Assembly: GCA_051745145.1 (NCBI GenBank) | Contig: JBNJDT010000011.1 | Coordinates: 1-50,699, forward strand | Reading direction: 5' to 3' | DNA from: Elusimicrobiota bacterium | GTDB taxonomy: Bacteria > CG03 > SLGR01 > JAGXOG01 | DNA: 50,699 nt | In this document: positions 39,590 to 50,623 of the stretch, in pieces | Numbering within the stretch: the stretch's first letter is position 1 | How the letters are laid out: every line of letters begins with the position of its first letter | Position numbers and translations under genes: made by a program | The notes under the pieces: model-generated | The model's input: the letters and a program-made list of their open reading frames with translations, nothing else | Databases searched by the model: none | What the model was told of the DNA's origin: nothing

Positions 39590-39609
39590 GTGACTGACCG
39601 GTCAGTCAC
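39590..39609. promoter_or_regulatory. TetR-family operator
   Basis: Perfect 20-bp palindrome GTGACTGACCGGTCAGTCAC at the predicted TSS, 12 bp before the tetR ATG. Confidence 0.85.
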
Positions 39610-39621
39610 ATTTACAAAATT

Positions 39622-40200
39622 ATGAATATAAAAGAAAAAATCATCAGAGAAGCGAAAGAAGTATTTGCCCAAAAAGGATATTACGGAGCAAATATGGAAG
39701 AAATAGCAGGTAAGGCAAAAGTGGCCAAGGGAACACTTTACAATTATTTTACTAATAAACAGGAACTTTACGTTACAGTAATACTGGACCTTCTTTCTAT
39801 TATTGACAGATGGATTAACAATGCAAAAAATTCCGATAAAGAATTTTGGGAAAAAATCGATTATTTATCCCGCAAGGTATTAAAATATTTTTCTCAGAAT
39901 AAAAAAGTATTTGCTATTATAAGGCGCGAAACTCCTGTTAATACAGTCATGCGCAAAAAAGAGGATGAAAAGATAGTGAATTTAATGAAATCAAGAGTGA
40001 AGAAGTTAGCCGCAATCTTTAAAGAACACCGCAGCGAGGGAGTAATAAGTGATAAATATACTGATCAGGAGGGGGCTTTTCTCTGTCTGGGGGTAGTAGA
40101 AAGCATGGTTAGAAGATCGTTAGAGGGCTGGGAAAGAGATCCGGATAAGAATGCCGATCTTGTAATAAGGTTTTTAAAAGATGGTCTCGGTAAAAAATAA
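39622..40200 (+). CDS. TetR/AcrR family transcriptional regulator
   Basis: FAQKGY..ANMEEIA.KAKVAKGTLYNYFTNKQEL HTH. Confidence 0.95.
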   Translation: MNIKEKIIREAKEVFAQKGYYGANMEEIAGKAKVAKGTLYNYFTNKQELYVTVILDLLSIIDRWINNAKNSDKEFWEKIDYLSRKVLKYFSQNKKVFAIIRRETPVNTVMRKKEDEKIVNLMKSRVKKLAAIFKEHRSEGVISDKYTDQEGAFLCLGVVESMVRRSLEGWERDPDKNADLVIRFLKDGLGKK

Positions 40201-41530
40201 TAAATTTTTAATAGCAGTTATATCGATTTTAGGGGTAACCGGCAACATATATGCCCGGGGGCTTACTCTGGAAGATTTTTTAAATAAGGCCGTAGTTAAT
40301 AATTATGATATACGCATTTCCCGGCAGGAAGTTGAGGAAGCCGAAGGAGAAAAGAAAGAAATATGGGGTAATTTTTTCCCCAGTATATCTGCTTCTTATA
40401 ATCAGCTCTATATGGATAAAATTCAGCAGGTTGATTTTGAAATGCCCCTGGTTACTCCAACCGGGGATATAGTATATGAAGAAGTGGATATAGATATGGG
40501 CCAAAAAGATATTTACGAGGGAAAAATTTCCGTACAGCAACCCGTATTTACATTTGGAACCATTTCCGGTTCCCACAAAATTGCCAAAAGAGCAAAAGAG
40601 ATTCAACAAAAAAAATTTTTTCAGAAGAAAAAAGAGATACAGCCCAGAGTGCGAAAAGCTTTTTATGGAGTTCTTATGGCAAAAGATATGGTGGAGATTT
40701 CCAAAAAGCAGAAAGAACTTATGGAAGAAAATTTAAAAATAACTAAAAAACTCTATGATGCCGGAAAAGCTTCTCATCTGGATATATCCAGGATGGAAGT
40801 ACAGGTTTCAAGAGCGGAAAGCAAACTTGTAGAGGCCCGGTCCGGATTAAAAAAATCCCGGGCCGCTCTTTTCAATTTATCGGGAATGAAAAATTCTCAG
40901 CAGAAGATAATGGGGGAGCTTAAGTCTAAAGAATTTGACTATGATTTACAGCAATTGGAAAATTTGGCATTAAAAAACCGCAGTGAACTGGAAATTGCCA
41001 GGGAGGGAATTAAAATAAATAAATTACAGAAAAAACTGGCCTACCGTCAAAATTTACCAAAAATATATGCTTACGGAAATTATACCTGGGAACGGCCGTA
41101 TCAAAATTCTGATGAATGGGGGGACTACTGGACGGTTGGCGGAAGAGTGGAATTTCCGTTTCTGGATGGTCTATCTTTACTGGGTAGAAATAAAAAAAAC
41201 CGGGCGGCTCTTGAAAGATCCGAGATTTCAGTCGATAAACTTAAAGCGGCGATTAGACTGCAAGTAAAGAATAATTATTATTCCCTCCGGGAAGCTCAAA
41301 AGAATATAAAAGTTCAACGACAGAATCTCAAACAATTACAAGAAAATCTTACGGTATCCCAAAAAAGGTATTCCCGGGGTTTATTGGATAGTATGGAGTT
41401 AAATCAGGCGGTTTTGAATTATTCCAGGGGGAGGATAGAACTTACCAGTTCAATTTTTAACTATCTCAGTTCTATGGAAGATTTAAAGATTGCCGTTGGA
41501 AGTGAATTTAATACGGGAAAAGCACAATGA
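40181..41530 (+). CDS. TolC-family outer membrane efflux protein
   Basis: Signal peptide, two OEP repeats (FFPSIS..QQPVF..G; NLPKI..EFPFLDG), YDAG/YSRG motifs. Confidence 0.9.
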   Translation: MVSVKNNKFLIAVISILGVTGNIYARGLTLEDFLNKAVVNNYDIRISRQEVEEAEGEKKEIWGNFFPSISASYNQLYMDKIQQVDFEMPLVTPTGDIVYEEVDIDMGQKDIYEGKISVQQPVFTFGTISGSHKIAKRAKEIQQKKFFQKKKEIQPRVRKAFYGVLMAKDMVEISKKQKELMEENLKITKKLYDAGKASHLDISRMEVQVSRAESKLVEARSGLKKSRAALFNLSGMKNSQQKIMGELKSKEFDYDLQQLENLALKNRSELEIAREGIKINKLQKKLAYRQNLPKIYAYGNYTWERPYQNSDEWGDYWTVGGRVEFPFLDGLSLLGRNKKNRAALERSEISVDKLKAAIRLQVKNNYYSLREAQKNIKVQRQNLKQLQENLTVSQKRYSRGLLDSMELNQAVLNYSRGRIELTSSIFNYLSSMEDLKIAVGSEFNTGKAQ

Positions 41531-42414
41531 AAAAAATATTGACTGTACTAATAATAGTTTTGGTTATTCTAGTTTTAGGTATACGATTTGTCCAATACAG
41601 GCAAATGAAGCCGGAAGTTCAAAAAGAAGGCTTAAGCCGGGTCAAAGTTTTTAACACAAAAACCGGGGATGTGGTAAAAACTTTACATTATACCGGTATC
41701 ATAAAAGGTATAAATGAAGTAATGGTCTATCCGAAGGTACCCGGATTGTTAAAAGAAAAATTAAAGAAAACCGGCGAAAAAATTAAAGAAAATGAAGCTA
41801 TTGTGTCTATTGACAGAGATGCAGAGGCGTTAGAGTATTCGCTTTCTAAAGTAAAAAGTCCGGTTGAGGGAATTGTTTTGAAAATATTTTCTGAACCCGG
41901 AAGCCGGGTAACCCCCTCCCAGCCGGTGGCCAGGGTTGGTAATATGGAAAATATTAAGGTCAAGTTTGGGATTTCTCCGCAAGATTTAGTTTTTATAGAA
42001 GAAGGAAATAGAGTTATAGTAGATGTTTCCCCCTATTCGGATAAAAAATTTACCGGATTCATATCCAAAATTGGTGCAGCTCTGGATAGACAGAGTCAAA
42101 AAATTCCGGTGGAAATAGAACTAAAAAATTCTGATTATAAATTAAAATCAGGAATGGCGTGCGATTTGAATGTTGTGATAAAAGAGAGAAAAAATATTAA
42201 TTATGCTCCCCGTTCGGCCGTGGTTTCCCGGGCGGATACTAAAGGGGTGTTTATCGTAGACAGTGATAATATCGCCCGCTGGAGACCGGAGATAATAGAA
42301 TTAATAGGAGATCAGAGGGTAGGTTTAACCGGTGAAGTGGCCCCTGAAACTCAAATTATAGTAGAAGGCAATTACGGTCTTATACCGGATAAAAAAATAA
42401 CACCAGTTAAATGA
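41527..42414 (+). CDS. RND efflux periplasmic adaptor (MFP)
   Basis: N-terminal TM, PKVPG, KSPVEG, LKSGM, PRSAV. Confidence 0.9.
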   Translation: MKKILTVLIIVLVILVLGIRFVQYRQMKPEVQKEGLSRVKVFNTKTGDVVKTLHYTGIIKGINEVMVYPKVPGLLKEKLKKTGEKIKENEAIVSIDRDAEALEYSLSKVKSPVEGIVLKIFSEPGSRVTPSQPVARVGNMENIKVKFGISPQDLVFIEEGNRVIVDVSPYSDKKFTGFISKIGAALDRQSQKIPVEIELKNSDYKLKSGMACDLNVVIKERKNINYAPRSAVVSRADTKGVFIVDSDNIARWRPEIIELIGDQRVGLTGEVAPETQIIVEGNYGLIPDKKITPVK

Positions 42415-45400
42415 AACTTCCGGATTTTTCAGTTAAAAAACCTGTAACTATTTCTATGCTTATTCTTATAGTGATAGTTATGGGTACAGTTTCTTTAAGC
42501 CGTATGGGACTGGATCTTATGCCCGATGTTACTTTCCCGATGGTCACGGTAGTTTCTACTTATGAGGGGGTAAATCCCCAAGATATGGAAGATATGGTTA
42601 CCCGACCCCTTGAAGATGTGGTGGCTACTATTAAGGGGGTAAAAAAAATAAATGCCATTACCCGGGAGGGTCTGACCGCCCTTATGGTAGAATTTGAGTG
42701 GGGAACTAATATAGATCTTGCCGCTCAGGATATAAGAGATAATCTGGATATGATGCAATCTTTTCTGCCGGATGACATATCCGATCCTCAAGTTATAAAA
42801 TTTAATGCTGAGATGATGCCGGTATTTGGATTGGGAGTGACCGGAGAAATGGAAGATGTGAAATTGAGAAAACTGGCGGAAGATGAGATAGAAACAGCCC
42901 TTGAACAGGTAGACGGTGTTTCAGCCGTTTATATGTGGGGCGGTGCTGAAGAAGAAATAAGGATAGAATTGGATCTTAAAAAACTCAGTTCTTATAAAAT
43001 ACCCTCGGATATGGTAATCGCCGCCATAGGACAACAGAATTTAAATAGTCCGTCCGGAAGAATCGAACAAAATTATAAAGAGATTACCTTAAGGGCGGTT
43101 GGAGAATTTGAAACAGTTTCGGATGTAGAGGATACAGCCGTTACCCGTAGAGGGGGAGAAACTATTTATGTCAGTGATTTGGGTAGAGTAGAGCGGACCA
43201 CTAAAGATATGCGGGCAAAGGCCAGGACCAATTCTAAATCCAGTGTTATGATTATGCCCTACAAGGAATCGGGGGCCAATCCGGTCCTGGTTTCAGAAAG
43301 GATTAACGAGCAGCTGGACAGTTTGGAAAAAAGACTTCCTTCCCATGTAAATATATCGGCTTTTTTGGATATGGGACAGATGATAACCCGGATTCTCCGG
43401 GTTACCCTTTCATCTGCCCTGTGGGGAGGGCTTTTGGCCGTCGGGGTTCTATATTTTTTCCTGGGTTCGTGGCGACCTACTGTAATTATAGCTACGGCCA
43501 TTCCCCTTTCACTGCTGGCTACATTTCTCCCGCTTTTTGGGGCCGGATACACAATTAACTTTGTTATTCTTATAGGAGCGGCGCTGGGCGTGGGAATGAT
43601 AGTGGACAATGCCATTGTAGTAATAGAAAATTCTTACAGGCACCTTAAAATTACTGATAGAAGGAAAATGGCCGCTTCCATGGGGGCAAAACAGGTGGGT
43701 ATGGCCATAACAGCTTCTACATTCACCACTATAGTGGTATTTATTCCTCTCCTTTTTGCCGGGGGCGTTGTAGGCAAAATTTTTTCTCAGCTGGCCGTAA
43801 CCGTAGCCTCCGCCCTGGTATGTTCATTAATAGTGGCCCTTACTATTATTCCTATGCTGAGTTCAAAGATTTTGAGCACAAAGAATCTGGGTCAGAAACG
43901 CAGATGGATGGATAAGTCAAGAGAGTGGTACGGAGAAAAGCTCACTTACTTTTTAGAGAATAAGGCAATTATGCTATTTATCATATTAATTCTGGTAATT
44001 TTAAGTATAGCTGCGTTTCCGTTTATGGGTAAAGAATATTTCCCCTCTATAGATCAGTCTATGTTAATGATGAAAGTTCAAAGGGATATAGGTACGGTTT
44101 TGGAGGAGACGGACCGCATAGTAGCCAGGGTGGAGGAAGAATTCAGCTCCCAGGAAGAAATTTTAAATTATTCGGGGATGATGGGAGTTATGGAAGGGGG
44201 AGAAATAGATGCGGCCATGGGAACCGGGCCTACCGGACCGCATGAAGCGGATATATTTGTCAGACTTAAAGAAAAGACGGACCGGCAAAAAGGTCATCAG
44301 GAAATTAAAGACGAAGTGATTAAAAATCTCCCCCGGTATGAAGACGCCAGTATCGAATTTATAGATATGGGGGAGATGATGTTAACCGGCGGGGGTATGC
44401 AGGATTCCCCGATTCAAATAAATATTTACGGTTCGGAACTGGAAGTTCTGGATTCGGTAGCTGACGATATAAAAAATAAAATTGAGAATATTCCGGGAGT
44501 ATATAATTTGGATGTTTCCATTGATAAAGGACGGCCGGAACTGGATATTAATATTAACCGGAAACGGGCCGCTCAGTACGGCGTAAGTGTTTTACAGATA
44601 AACAGAGCTCTTCAAAACGGTGTAAAAGGTACGAAAGCCGGTAAATTACGCCAGGGCGGCGATGAACTTGATATAAAGGTGATCTTTGAAGAGAAAGACC
44701 GGCTTACAGTACAGCAAATCGAAAATATACCGATTATGACTGACAGGGGGGCGGTTTTAAGCGTGGGACAGCTGGCAGATTTTACTTATAAAGAGGGCCC
44801 TACTAAATTAGAGAGAGATAACCGTCGCCGCGTAATGACGGTCAGCGGTAATTACCGGGGCAGTGATTTTTCCGGTGTTATGAATAAAGTGCGTGATAAA
44901 GTTGACGGAGTATTTTTACCTTCCGGCTATACAGTCAGTTACGGCGGGGAGGCCGAAGATTTACAGGAGATGTTTATAACGTTGATTCAGGTGTTTGCCC
45001 TGGCGATACTTTTAATATATATGGTAATGGCTGCCCAATTTGAATCTTTTATCCATCCTTTGATTATAATGCTTACTATTCCGCTGTCCTATATTGGAGT
45101 TGTCTGGATGTTGATAATGACCGGAAAGTCTATTTCCATGCCCGCGGCTATGGGGGTGCTTATTCTTTTCGGAATAATTGTTAATAATGCTATTGTACTG
45201 ATAGATTATATTAACCGGTTAAGGCGCCATCAGGGCCTGGATATAAGGAAAGCGGTTATAGAGGGGGGCAAGGTCCGGCTCCGGCCCATTCTTATGACTG
45301 CCTTAACAACTATTTTTGCTATGGTCCCCATGGCTTTAAATAAAATGGAAGGTGCGGCAATAAGATCGGTTGTAGCTATCTCTATTATAGGTGGACTTCT

Positions 45401-45482
45401 GGTGGGAACAGGTTTAACTCTGTTTGTCATACCCTTAATATATGATTTTATAGAACACCGGTTTGAAAAAATAAAGAGCTAA
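42411..45482 (+). CDS. RND efflux permease (AcrB/AcrD/AcrF family)
   Basis: 1023 aa; KKPV, PDVTFP, GMIVDNAIVVIEN, AAQFES, RLRPILMT. Confidence 0.96.
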   Translation: MKLPDFSVKKPVTISMLILIVIVMGTVSLSRMGLDLMPDVTFPMVTVVSTYEGVNPQDMEDMVTRPLEDVVATIKGVKKINAITREGLTALMVEFEWGTNIDLAAQDIRDNLDMMQSFLPDDISDPQVIKFNAEMMPVFGLGVTGEMEDVKLRKLAEDEIETALEQVDGVSAVYMWGGAEEEIRIELDLKKLSSYKIPSDMVIAAIGQQNLNSPSGRIEQNYKEITLRAVGEFETVSDVEDTAVTRRGGETIYVSDLGRVERTTKDMRAKARTNSKSSVMIMPYKESGANPVLVSERINEQLDSLEKRLPSHVNISAFLDMGQMITRILRVTLSSALWGGLLAVGVLYFFLGSWRPTVIIATAIPLSLLATFLPLFGAGYTINFVILIGAALGVGMIVDNAIVVIENSYRHLKITDRRKMAASMGAKQVGMAITASTFTTIVVFIPLLFAGGVVGKIFSQLAVTVASALVCSLIVALTIIPMLSSKILSTKNLGQKRRWMDKSREWYGEKLTYFLENKAIMLFIILILVILSIAAFPFMGKEYFPSIDQSMLMMKVQRDIGTVLEETDRIVARVEEEFSSQEEILNYSGMMGVMEGGEIDAAMGTGPTGPHEADIFVRLKEKTDRQKGHQEIKDEVIKNLPRYEDASIEFIDMGEMMLTGGGMQDSPIQINIYGSELEVLDSVADDIKNKIENIPGVYNLDVSIDKGRPELDININRKRAAQYGVSVLQINRALQNGVKGTKAGKLRQGGDELDIKVIFEEKDRLTVQQIENIPIMTDRGAVLSVGQLADFTYKEGPTKLERDNRRRVMTVSGNYRGSDFSGVMNKVRDKVDGVFLPSGYTVSYGGEAEDLQEMFITLIQVFALAILLIYMVMAAQFESFIHPLIIMLTIPLSYIGVVWMLIMTGKSISMPAAMGVLILFGIIVNNAIVLIDYINRLRRHQGLDIRKAVIEGGKVRLRPILMTALTTIFAMVPMALNKMEGAAIRSVVAISIIGGLLVGTGLTLFVIPLIYDFIEHRFEKIKS

Positions 45483-45516
45483 AAGATATACCGCCGGATA
45501 AATACAAAATCTGCCG

Positions 45517-47496
45517 TTACAGATTTTTGTAATTATTTTTTAAATGGACAAAAGAATTTATTTCTGTGTAACCGGGAAGAGATTTCAGAAACATTCTTCC
45601 GTATCTTTTAGTTTTAACCCGGGTATCTAAAACAGCGACAATACCGGAATCATTTCTATGCCGTATAAGTCTTCCAAATCCTTGCTTAAATAACAGGGTT
45701 GCCCGGGGAACCTGGTATTCCATAAAAGGGTTTTTCCCCTTTTGCTTATAATTTTCCAATCTGGCTTCTGTTACCGGGTCATTCGGAACTCCAAAGGGGA
45801 GTTTAGTAAGTATTACGCATTCTAAAAGCTTACCGGGAAGGTCCACCCCCTGCCAGAAAGTCAGGGTTCCCAGCAATACGCTTTTTGGGTTTTTCCTGAA
45901 TTTTTTAAGCATTTGCCTACGGGGAAGTTCACCGTGCAGGAGAAATTCGGTATCCGGGAACCGGTTCACAAGTTCTAAGCCCACCCCGTTAAGCATTCGG
46001 TAGGAAGTAAATAAGATAAAGGTTCTACCGCCTGTCAGAGTAAGTATCTCGCTGATAGAATCTGTAGCGCTGTTCTCAAAAAGTTTTGGATGTTTTACAT
46101 CCGGATGGGGTATATCGCGGGGCAGATAAAGCAGCACCTTATTCTTGTAATCAAAAGGGGATTCCAGTTTAATATTTTTTGCATCATGGATACCCAGCCT
46201 GTTTTTTATAAAATCAAAAGAGTTTTCTACGGTGAGGGTAGCCGAGGTTAAAATTATCGGTTTTCTTTTCTCAAAAAGTTGTTCCCGCAAAAGGGTAGAT
46301 ACTTCAACCGGGGCTCCGTTAAAAGAACAGTAAATTCTACTGTGTTTACTTCTAATTTTAAGAAAATATACGTAATTGGGAAGTTCCATATTTATTATTA
46401 TCTTAAGTTCTTCGGCCATTTCCCGGGCCCGACGGGCATAAGAATTACACTCCCACCGGATATCTTTTTCTTCTAAATCTTCTGCTGTTTTTTTCAGGAC
46501 GGCCGCTAAGTCCATCAGGGGGCGGGAAAGGGTATTGTTAAACATACCCGGTTTTTGAAGCCGGTAGCTAACTTTATCATTACCAAATTTTTCAATTATA
46601 TCATTAAAAAAAATCCCGGCGGTTTTTTTAACTTTCTTAACTTTTTGTATGATTTTCCTTCTGTCTTCGGTTTTTATATCTTTGACAGCTTTTCTGATAA
46701 AAGATCTTTTGTTCTTACCTTTAAAAATTTTACCCAGCAGATAATTTACTCTGAATTTGGAAACTTTAAACCCCAGGGTATCGCCGGCCACATCCTCTAT
46801 ATTCTGGGCTTCATCAAAGACAATAGCCCCGTAGCCGGGAAGTATATTGTAATCTGAGGCGACATCGTGAAATAACAGATGATGGTTTATTATGAGAAGG
46901 TCTGCTTCTATCTGTTTTTTTCGGGCTTTAAAATAAAAACAGCTTTCATAGTAGTCGCAATTTTTACCGTCACATAATTCCGAAGATCTTGACATCTCAT
47001 CCCACAGATTTTTAGATATTTTAAAATCTGTATTTAATTTAAGTCCGCTGTCGGTTTCAGATATCCAATCGGATATCTTATTTAAAGTTACTGCCTCCTG
47101 TTTGCCGTCTAAGAGTTTAAGCCTGTTGAAATTATTGTAGCGTTTTAAACATATGTAATTATTACTCCCGACACACATCGCCGCCTTAAATTTTTTGTTC
47201 ATTGCTTTTTGAAGAAGGGGAATATCTTTCTGGAGAAGTTGTTGCTGCAGGGTTTTAGTATATGTGGCAATAGCTACTTTTCTGTTTTTTTTCTTTGCGG
47301 CCCACAGAATAAAGGGGATCAGATAGGCAAAACTTTTTCCTATGCCACAGCCTGCTTCTATTAAAAGATGAGTATCTTCCTGAATAGATTCCCGGATAGC
47401 TTCGGCCATAGTTATCTGCTCGCTACGATACTCATAATTTTCAATATAGTCCGAAATTGATGACCCGGGCCCCAGATATTTTTTCATTTCAGACAT
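45517..47496 (-). CDS. DinG/YoaA-family Fe-S ATP-dependent DNA helicase
   Basis: YRSEQ Q-motif, EAGCGIGKS, four Fe-S Cys, DEAQ, TSATL, LFTSY, FWQGVD, KLPF, QGFGRLIR. Confidence 0.93.
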   Translation of the reverse strand: MSEMKKYLGPGSSISDYIENYEYRSEQITMAEAIRESIQEDTHLLIEAGCGIGKSFAYLIPFILWAAKKKNRKVAIATYTKTLQQQLLQKDIPLLQKAMNKKFKAAMCVGSNNYICLKRYNNFNRLKLLDGKQEAVTLNKISDWISETDSGLKLNTDFKISKNLWDEMSRSSELCDGKNCDYYESCFYFKARKKQIEADLLIINHHLLFHDVASDYNILPGYGAIVFDEAQNIEDVAGDTLGFKVSKFRVNYLLGKIFKGKNKRSFIRKAVKDIKTEDRRKIIQKVKKVKKTAGIFFNDIIEKFGNDKVSYRLQKPGMFNNTLSRPLMDLAAVLKKTAEDLEEKDIRWECNSYARRAREMAEELKIIINMELPNYVYFLKIRSKHSRIYCSFNGAPVEVSTLLREQLFEKRKPIILTSATLTVENSFDFIKNRLGIHDAKNIKLESPFDYKNKVLLYLPRDIPHPDVKHPKLFENSATDSISEILTLTGGRTFILFTSYRMLNGVGLELVNRFPDTEFLLHGELPRRQMLKKFRKNPKSVLLGTLTFWQGVDLPGKLLECVILTKLPFGVPNDPVTEARLENYKQKGKNPFMEYQVPRATLLFKQGFGRLIRHRNDSGIVAVLDTRVKTKRYGRMFLKSLPGYTEINSFVHLKNNYKNL

Positions 47497-47823
47497 TATT
47501 ACTTAAAAGGTAGAATTAGATCCAAAAAATAATTTTTGATAATACCAAAGTTATTTCGAGGATAGGTCAAAAACGGTTGATAATATTTAAATTTAAATAA
47601 ATAAATTATATGCATAGTATTTAATTAAATTACTATAAATGTACAGTGGCTGTCAAGAAATAAAATGAAAATAGGCTGGGGTAAAGCTTATGGCAATTTT
47701 TGAATTTAACCTGATTATAAATTATAATTAAATTGTTAAATTTTATTTGCTGTAGCATGGGATTAATAAAATAAGTCTACATTGGAAGATAAATTCGGAG
47801 GCATATAAAAGTATTAAATAAAA

Positions 47824-49293
47824 ATGAAATTTAGGATAAAATTAAGAATAATTACGGTGCTGTTAATAGCGGGATTTATATGTTATCCGGCTAACTCTTT
47901 TGCCTGGTACAGCAGATCTCAAAAATCTCAAATATACTATCACTATATTATGGGACGAATAAGTGTAAAACAGGGAGATTTCAAAGAAGGTATAGCGAGT
48001 TTGGAAAAGGCGGCCAGGCAGGCAAGGTATGACTGGACTATAAATTGGGAATTACTGCAGTTATATTATCTTACCGGAGAGTATTCTAAAGGCATAGAAG
48101 TTGGCGGCCGGCTGTACACTGAAGATCCTCAAAATACACAATTAAATGAGATGCTTGCCGATATGTATGCTCGAAAAGGGTATACGGATGAAGCTATTGA
48201 ACTGTATGATAAGTTGAAAGAAAAATTTCCGGAGAAAAGGGCTTATCAGACAGAAATAGCAAGATTATACAGGGAGAATAATAAACTTAAAGAATCGTTA
48301 AAGACGTATCTTGAAGTATTTAAAAAAGACCCTGAAGATAATATGGTCCGCCTTTCCATAGCTGACATATATTTAGAACTGGATAAACCCCAGGCGGCTA
48401 TAAAAAATTATCTTGAAAGTTTAAAATACGGCACCCGGGAGGAGGAAATATACAGGCAGGTGGCCAAGGTTTACAACTATAATGGGGAGAGAAAAAAGGC
48501 AGTAAACTATATTGATAAAATTCTTCAAAAATCGCCCGATAATAAAGAAGCGCTATATCTGCTGGCCCAGATATATGAAGACTGGGAAAGATACAACCAG
48601 GCCGAAGAAGTTTTAAAAAGAATAGTTGATATAACTGAAGAAAGTTTTTCTTCCCTGGTTAGACTGGGAACTTTTTATACGGCGGTAGAAGATTATGAAA
48701 AAGCCATAAAAATATTTAAAAAAGCAACGGATGTTTATCCGGATAATTTTACTGGGTGGTACTATTTAGGGCTAACTTATGAGTATATAGATAAGCTTCC
48801 CCAGGCTGTGGAAGCTTATTTGGAGGCAGCCACCCTAAAAGATAGAGACAAGGTGTATTTTAGATTGGGGGTAGTGTACGACCGTATAGGCGAAAAATCA
48901 AAGTCTTATGAAATGTTAGAAAAGGTGATACAGTTAAACCCCGATCATGCCCGGGCCCTTAACTATCTTGGCTATAAAATGGCTGAAGAGGGGGAAAATT
49001 TAGATACGGCGGAAAAATATATTCTCAAAGCCCTGCAAAAAGATCCGGAAAATGCCGCCTATCTGGACAGTCTGGGGTGGGTATATTACAATCAGGAAAA
49101 ATATAAAGAAGCCCTGGAAAAATTAGAAAAAGCTGCCAGTGACAGCGAAGATCCTTTAATATATGAACACCTGGGCGATGCTTATTTAAAATTAGATTTC
49201 AGTAATAAAGCTGAAAAAGCTTACAGGGAAGCTTTAAAGAAAGCTCCTGATAATAAAGGGCTAAAAAATAAGATCAAAGAATTGTTAAATTGA
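47824..49293 (+). CDS. Exported tetratricopeptide repeat protein
   Basis: Signal peptide, many TPRs, ALNYLGY..AAYLDSLGWVYY..EHLGD typical of the TPR gene upstream of lolB/ispE. Confidence 0.9.
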   Translation: MKFRIKLRIITVLLIAGFICYPANSFAWYSRSQKSQIYYHYIMGRISVKQGDFKEGIASLEKAARQARYDWTINWELLQLYYLTGEYSKGIEVGGRLYTEDPQNTQLNEMLADMYARKGYTDEAIELYDKLKEKFPEKRAYQTEIARLYRENNKLKESLKTYLEVFKKDPEDNMVRLSIADIYLELDKPQAAIKNYLESLKYGTREEEIYRQVAKVYNYNGERKKAVNYIDKILQKSPDNKEALYLLAQIYEDWERYNQAEEVLKRIVDITEESFSSLVRLGTFYTAVEDYEKAIKIFKKATDVYPDNFTGWYYLGLTYEYIDKLPQAVEAYLEAATLKDRDKVYFRLGVVYDRIGEKSKSYEMLEKVIQLNPDHARALNYLGYKMAEEGENLDTAEKYILKALQKDPENAAYLDSLGWVYYNQEKYKEALEKLEKAASDSEDPLIYEHLGDAYLKLDFSNKAEKAYREALKKAPDNKGLKNKIKELLN

Positions 49294-49778
49294 ATTTCAT
49301 TAAATTTAATTTTCGGTTATTGTTTTTGGTGCTACTATTTTTTTTAGGAGGATGCGGTCCGAAGGTTCCCCGGCCCCCGCAGGAAAATTTCCGGGGTCAC
49401 ATAGATATTCAAGTTCAAAATAAAAGCGGAGAATTGTTAGAACGGGTAAGCGGTATTTTTAAGGTAGAAGGAGAGAAAAATAAGTTATCTATGTTTTTTG
49501 ACAACAGGTCAGGTATTCCCATCGGATATGTAGTAGTTCAAGACGGGAATATAGAAAGTGAAGGTTTGACTTTTATGAGAGAATTCAATAAAATTTTTAA
49601 ATTCTGGCCGTATATATTTGGCATAGGAATAAGCGGGTCTAAAAGCAGTTATACTTATAAAGACTTAGAAATTAATTATTTACAGTGGCGTAAAATTGGT
49701 TCAAATAATTATGCTAAAAAAGCAAATGTGGAAATTCCGGCCGGTATTATAGCAATGGATATTAAATATGACAATTAA
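49290..49778 (+). CDS. Putative lipoprotein (positional LolB-like)
   Basis: Lipobox FLGGC after a hydrophobic stretch; beta-rich; lies between the TPR gene and ispE. Confidence 0.6.
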   Translation: MNFIKFNFRLLFLVLLFFLGGCGPKVPRPPQENFRGHIDIQVQNKSGELLERVSGIFKVEGEKNKLSMFFDNRSGIPIGYVVVQDGNIESEGLTFMREFNKIFKFWPYIFGIGISGSKSSYTYKDLEINYLQWRKIGSNNYAKKANVEIPAGIIAMDIKYDN

Positions 49779-50601
49779 AGCTCCGGCAAAAATTAATCTT
49801 TATCTAAATGTCGGAAAAATCCGGGAAGATAATTTTCATGAAGTGCAAACTCTTATGATTAAAGTAGGTCTTTATGATAATATTACTTTATCTTTAGAAG
49901 AGGATATAAAAGTAACCGGCATGGATTGGTTAAAAGACGAGGATAATTTAGCTTACAAAGCTGCAGTTGCTCTTAAAGAACAGGCAGATGTCCAGAAAGG
50001 ATGTTTAATAGACATAGAAAAAAATATTCCGATAGCTGCCGGTTTAGGGGGAGGATCTTCTGACTGTGGGGGAGTTTTAAAGGGATTGAATAAACTATGG
50101 GATTTAAATTATCCAGTAGAAAAATTAGAAAAAATCGGCCGAAATTTGGGAAGTGATGTTAATTTTTTCTTACAACCCGGAGGGGGTCTGGCCCGGGGCA
50201 AAGGAGAAAAGATAGAATTTTTAGAACCGGAGGATAAATTAACAAAGAAAGTATTATTAATAAATCCGGAGATTGAAATATCCACTAAAAAAATTTATGA
50301 GGCATATCCGGGCGGCTATTTGACAGAGGATGAAGAGTTGGATAAAATTACTAATAATTATTTGACGGGCGCCTGGCAAAAAATTTTAAAAAATGATCTG
50401 GAAAATACCGTATTCCGGGAATACCCGGTTTTAAAAGATTTAAAACAGCGACTTGTAAATTGGGGGTTATTTCCCTTACTTTCGGGAAGTGGTTCTTCAG
50501 TATTTGCACTTTTTTCAGATATTGAAAAAGCAAACTCCGTTAAATCAATAATAGAAGAGGACTTTGGATATAGTGCTTGGATTTTAGAGTCTTTAATATA
50601 A
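49768..50601 (+). CDS. ispE: 4-diphosphocytidyl-2-C-methyl-D-erythritol kinase
   Basis: APAKINLYL, KNIPIAAGLGGGSSD, LGSDV, NDLE, LSGSGSSVF. Confidence 0.97.
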   Translation: MTIKAPAKINLYLNVGKIREDNFHEVQTLMIKVGLYDNITLSLEEDIKVTGMDWLKDEDNLAYKAAVALKEQADVQKGCLIDIEKNIPIAAGLGGGSSDCGGVLKGLNKLWDLNYPVEKLEKIGRNLGSDVNFFLQPGGGLARGKGEKIEFLEPEDKLTKKVLLINPEIEISTKKIYEAYPGGYLTEDEELDKITNNYLTGAWQKILKNDLENTVFREYPVLKDLKQRLVNWGLFPLLSGSGSSVFALFSDIEKANSVKSIIEEDFGYSAWILESLI

Positions 50602-50623
50602 CTTTACAGTAATTTTTTTATTC

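Noticed and set aside
43600..43630. RND TM4 reads VDNA instead of AcrB VDDA
   Set aside because: A common variant in this RND subfamily, not evidence of inactivity
47497..47823. 327-bp AT-rich intergenic region as an ncRNA, origin or small ORF
   Set aside because: No stable structure, DnaA-box cluster or convincing ORF seen; consistent with divergent promoters
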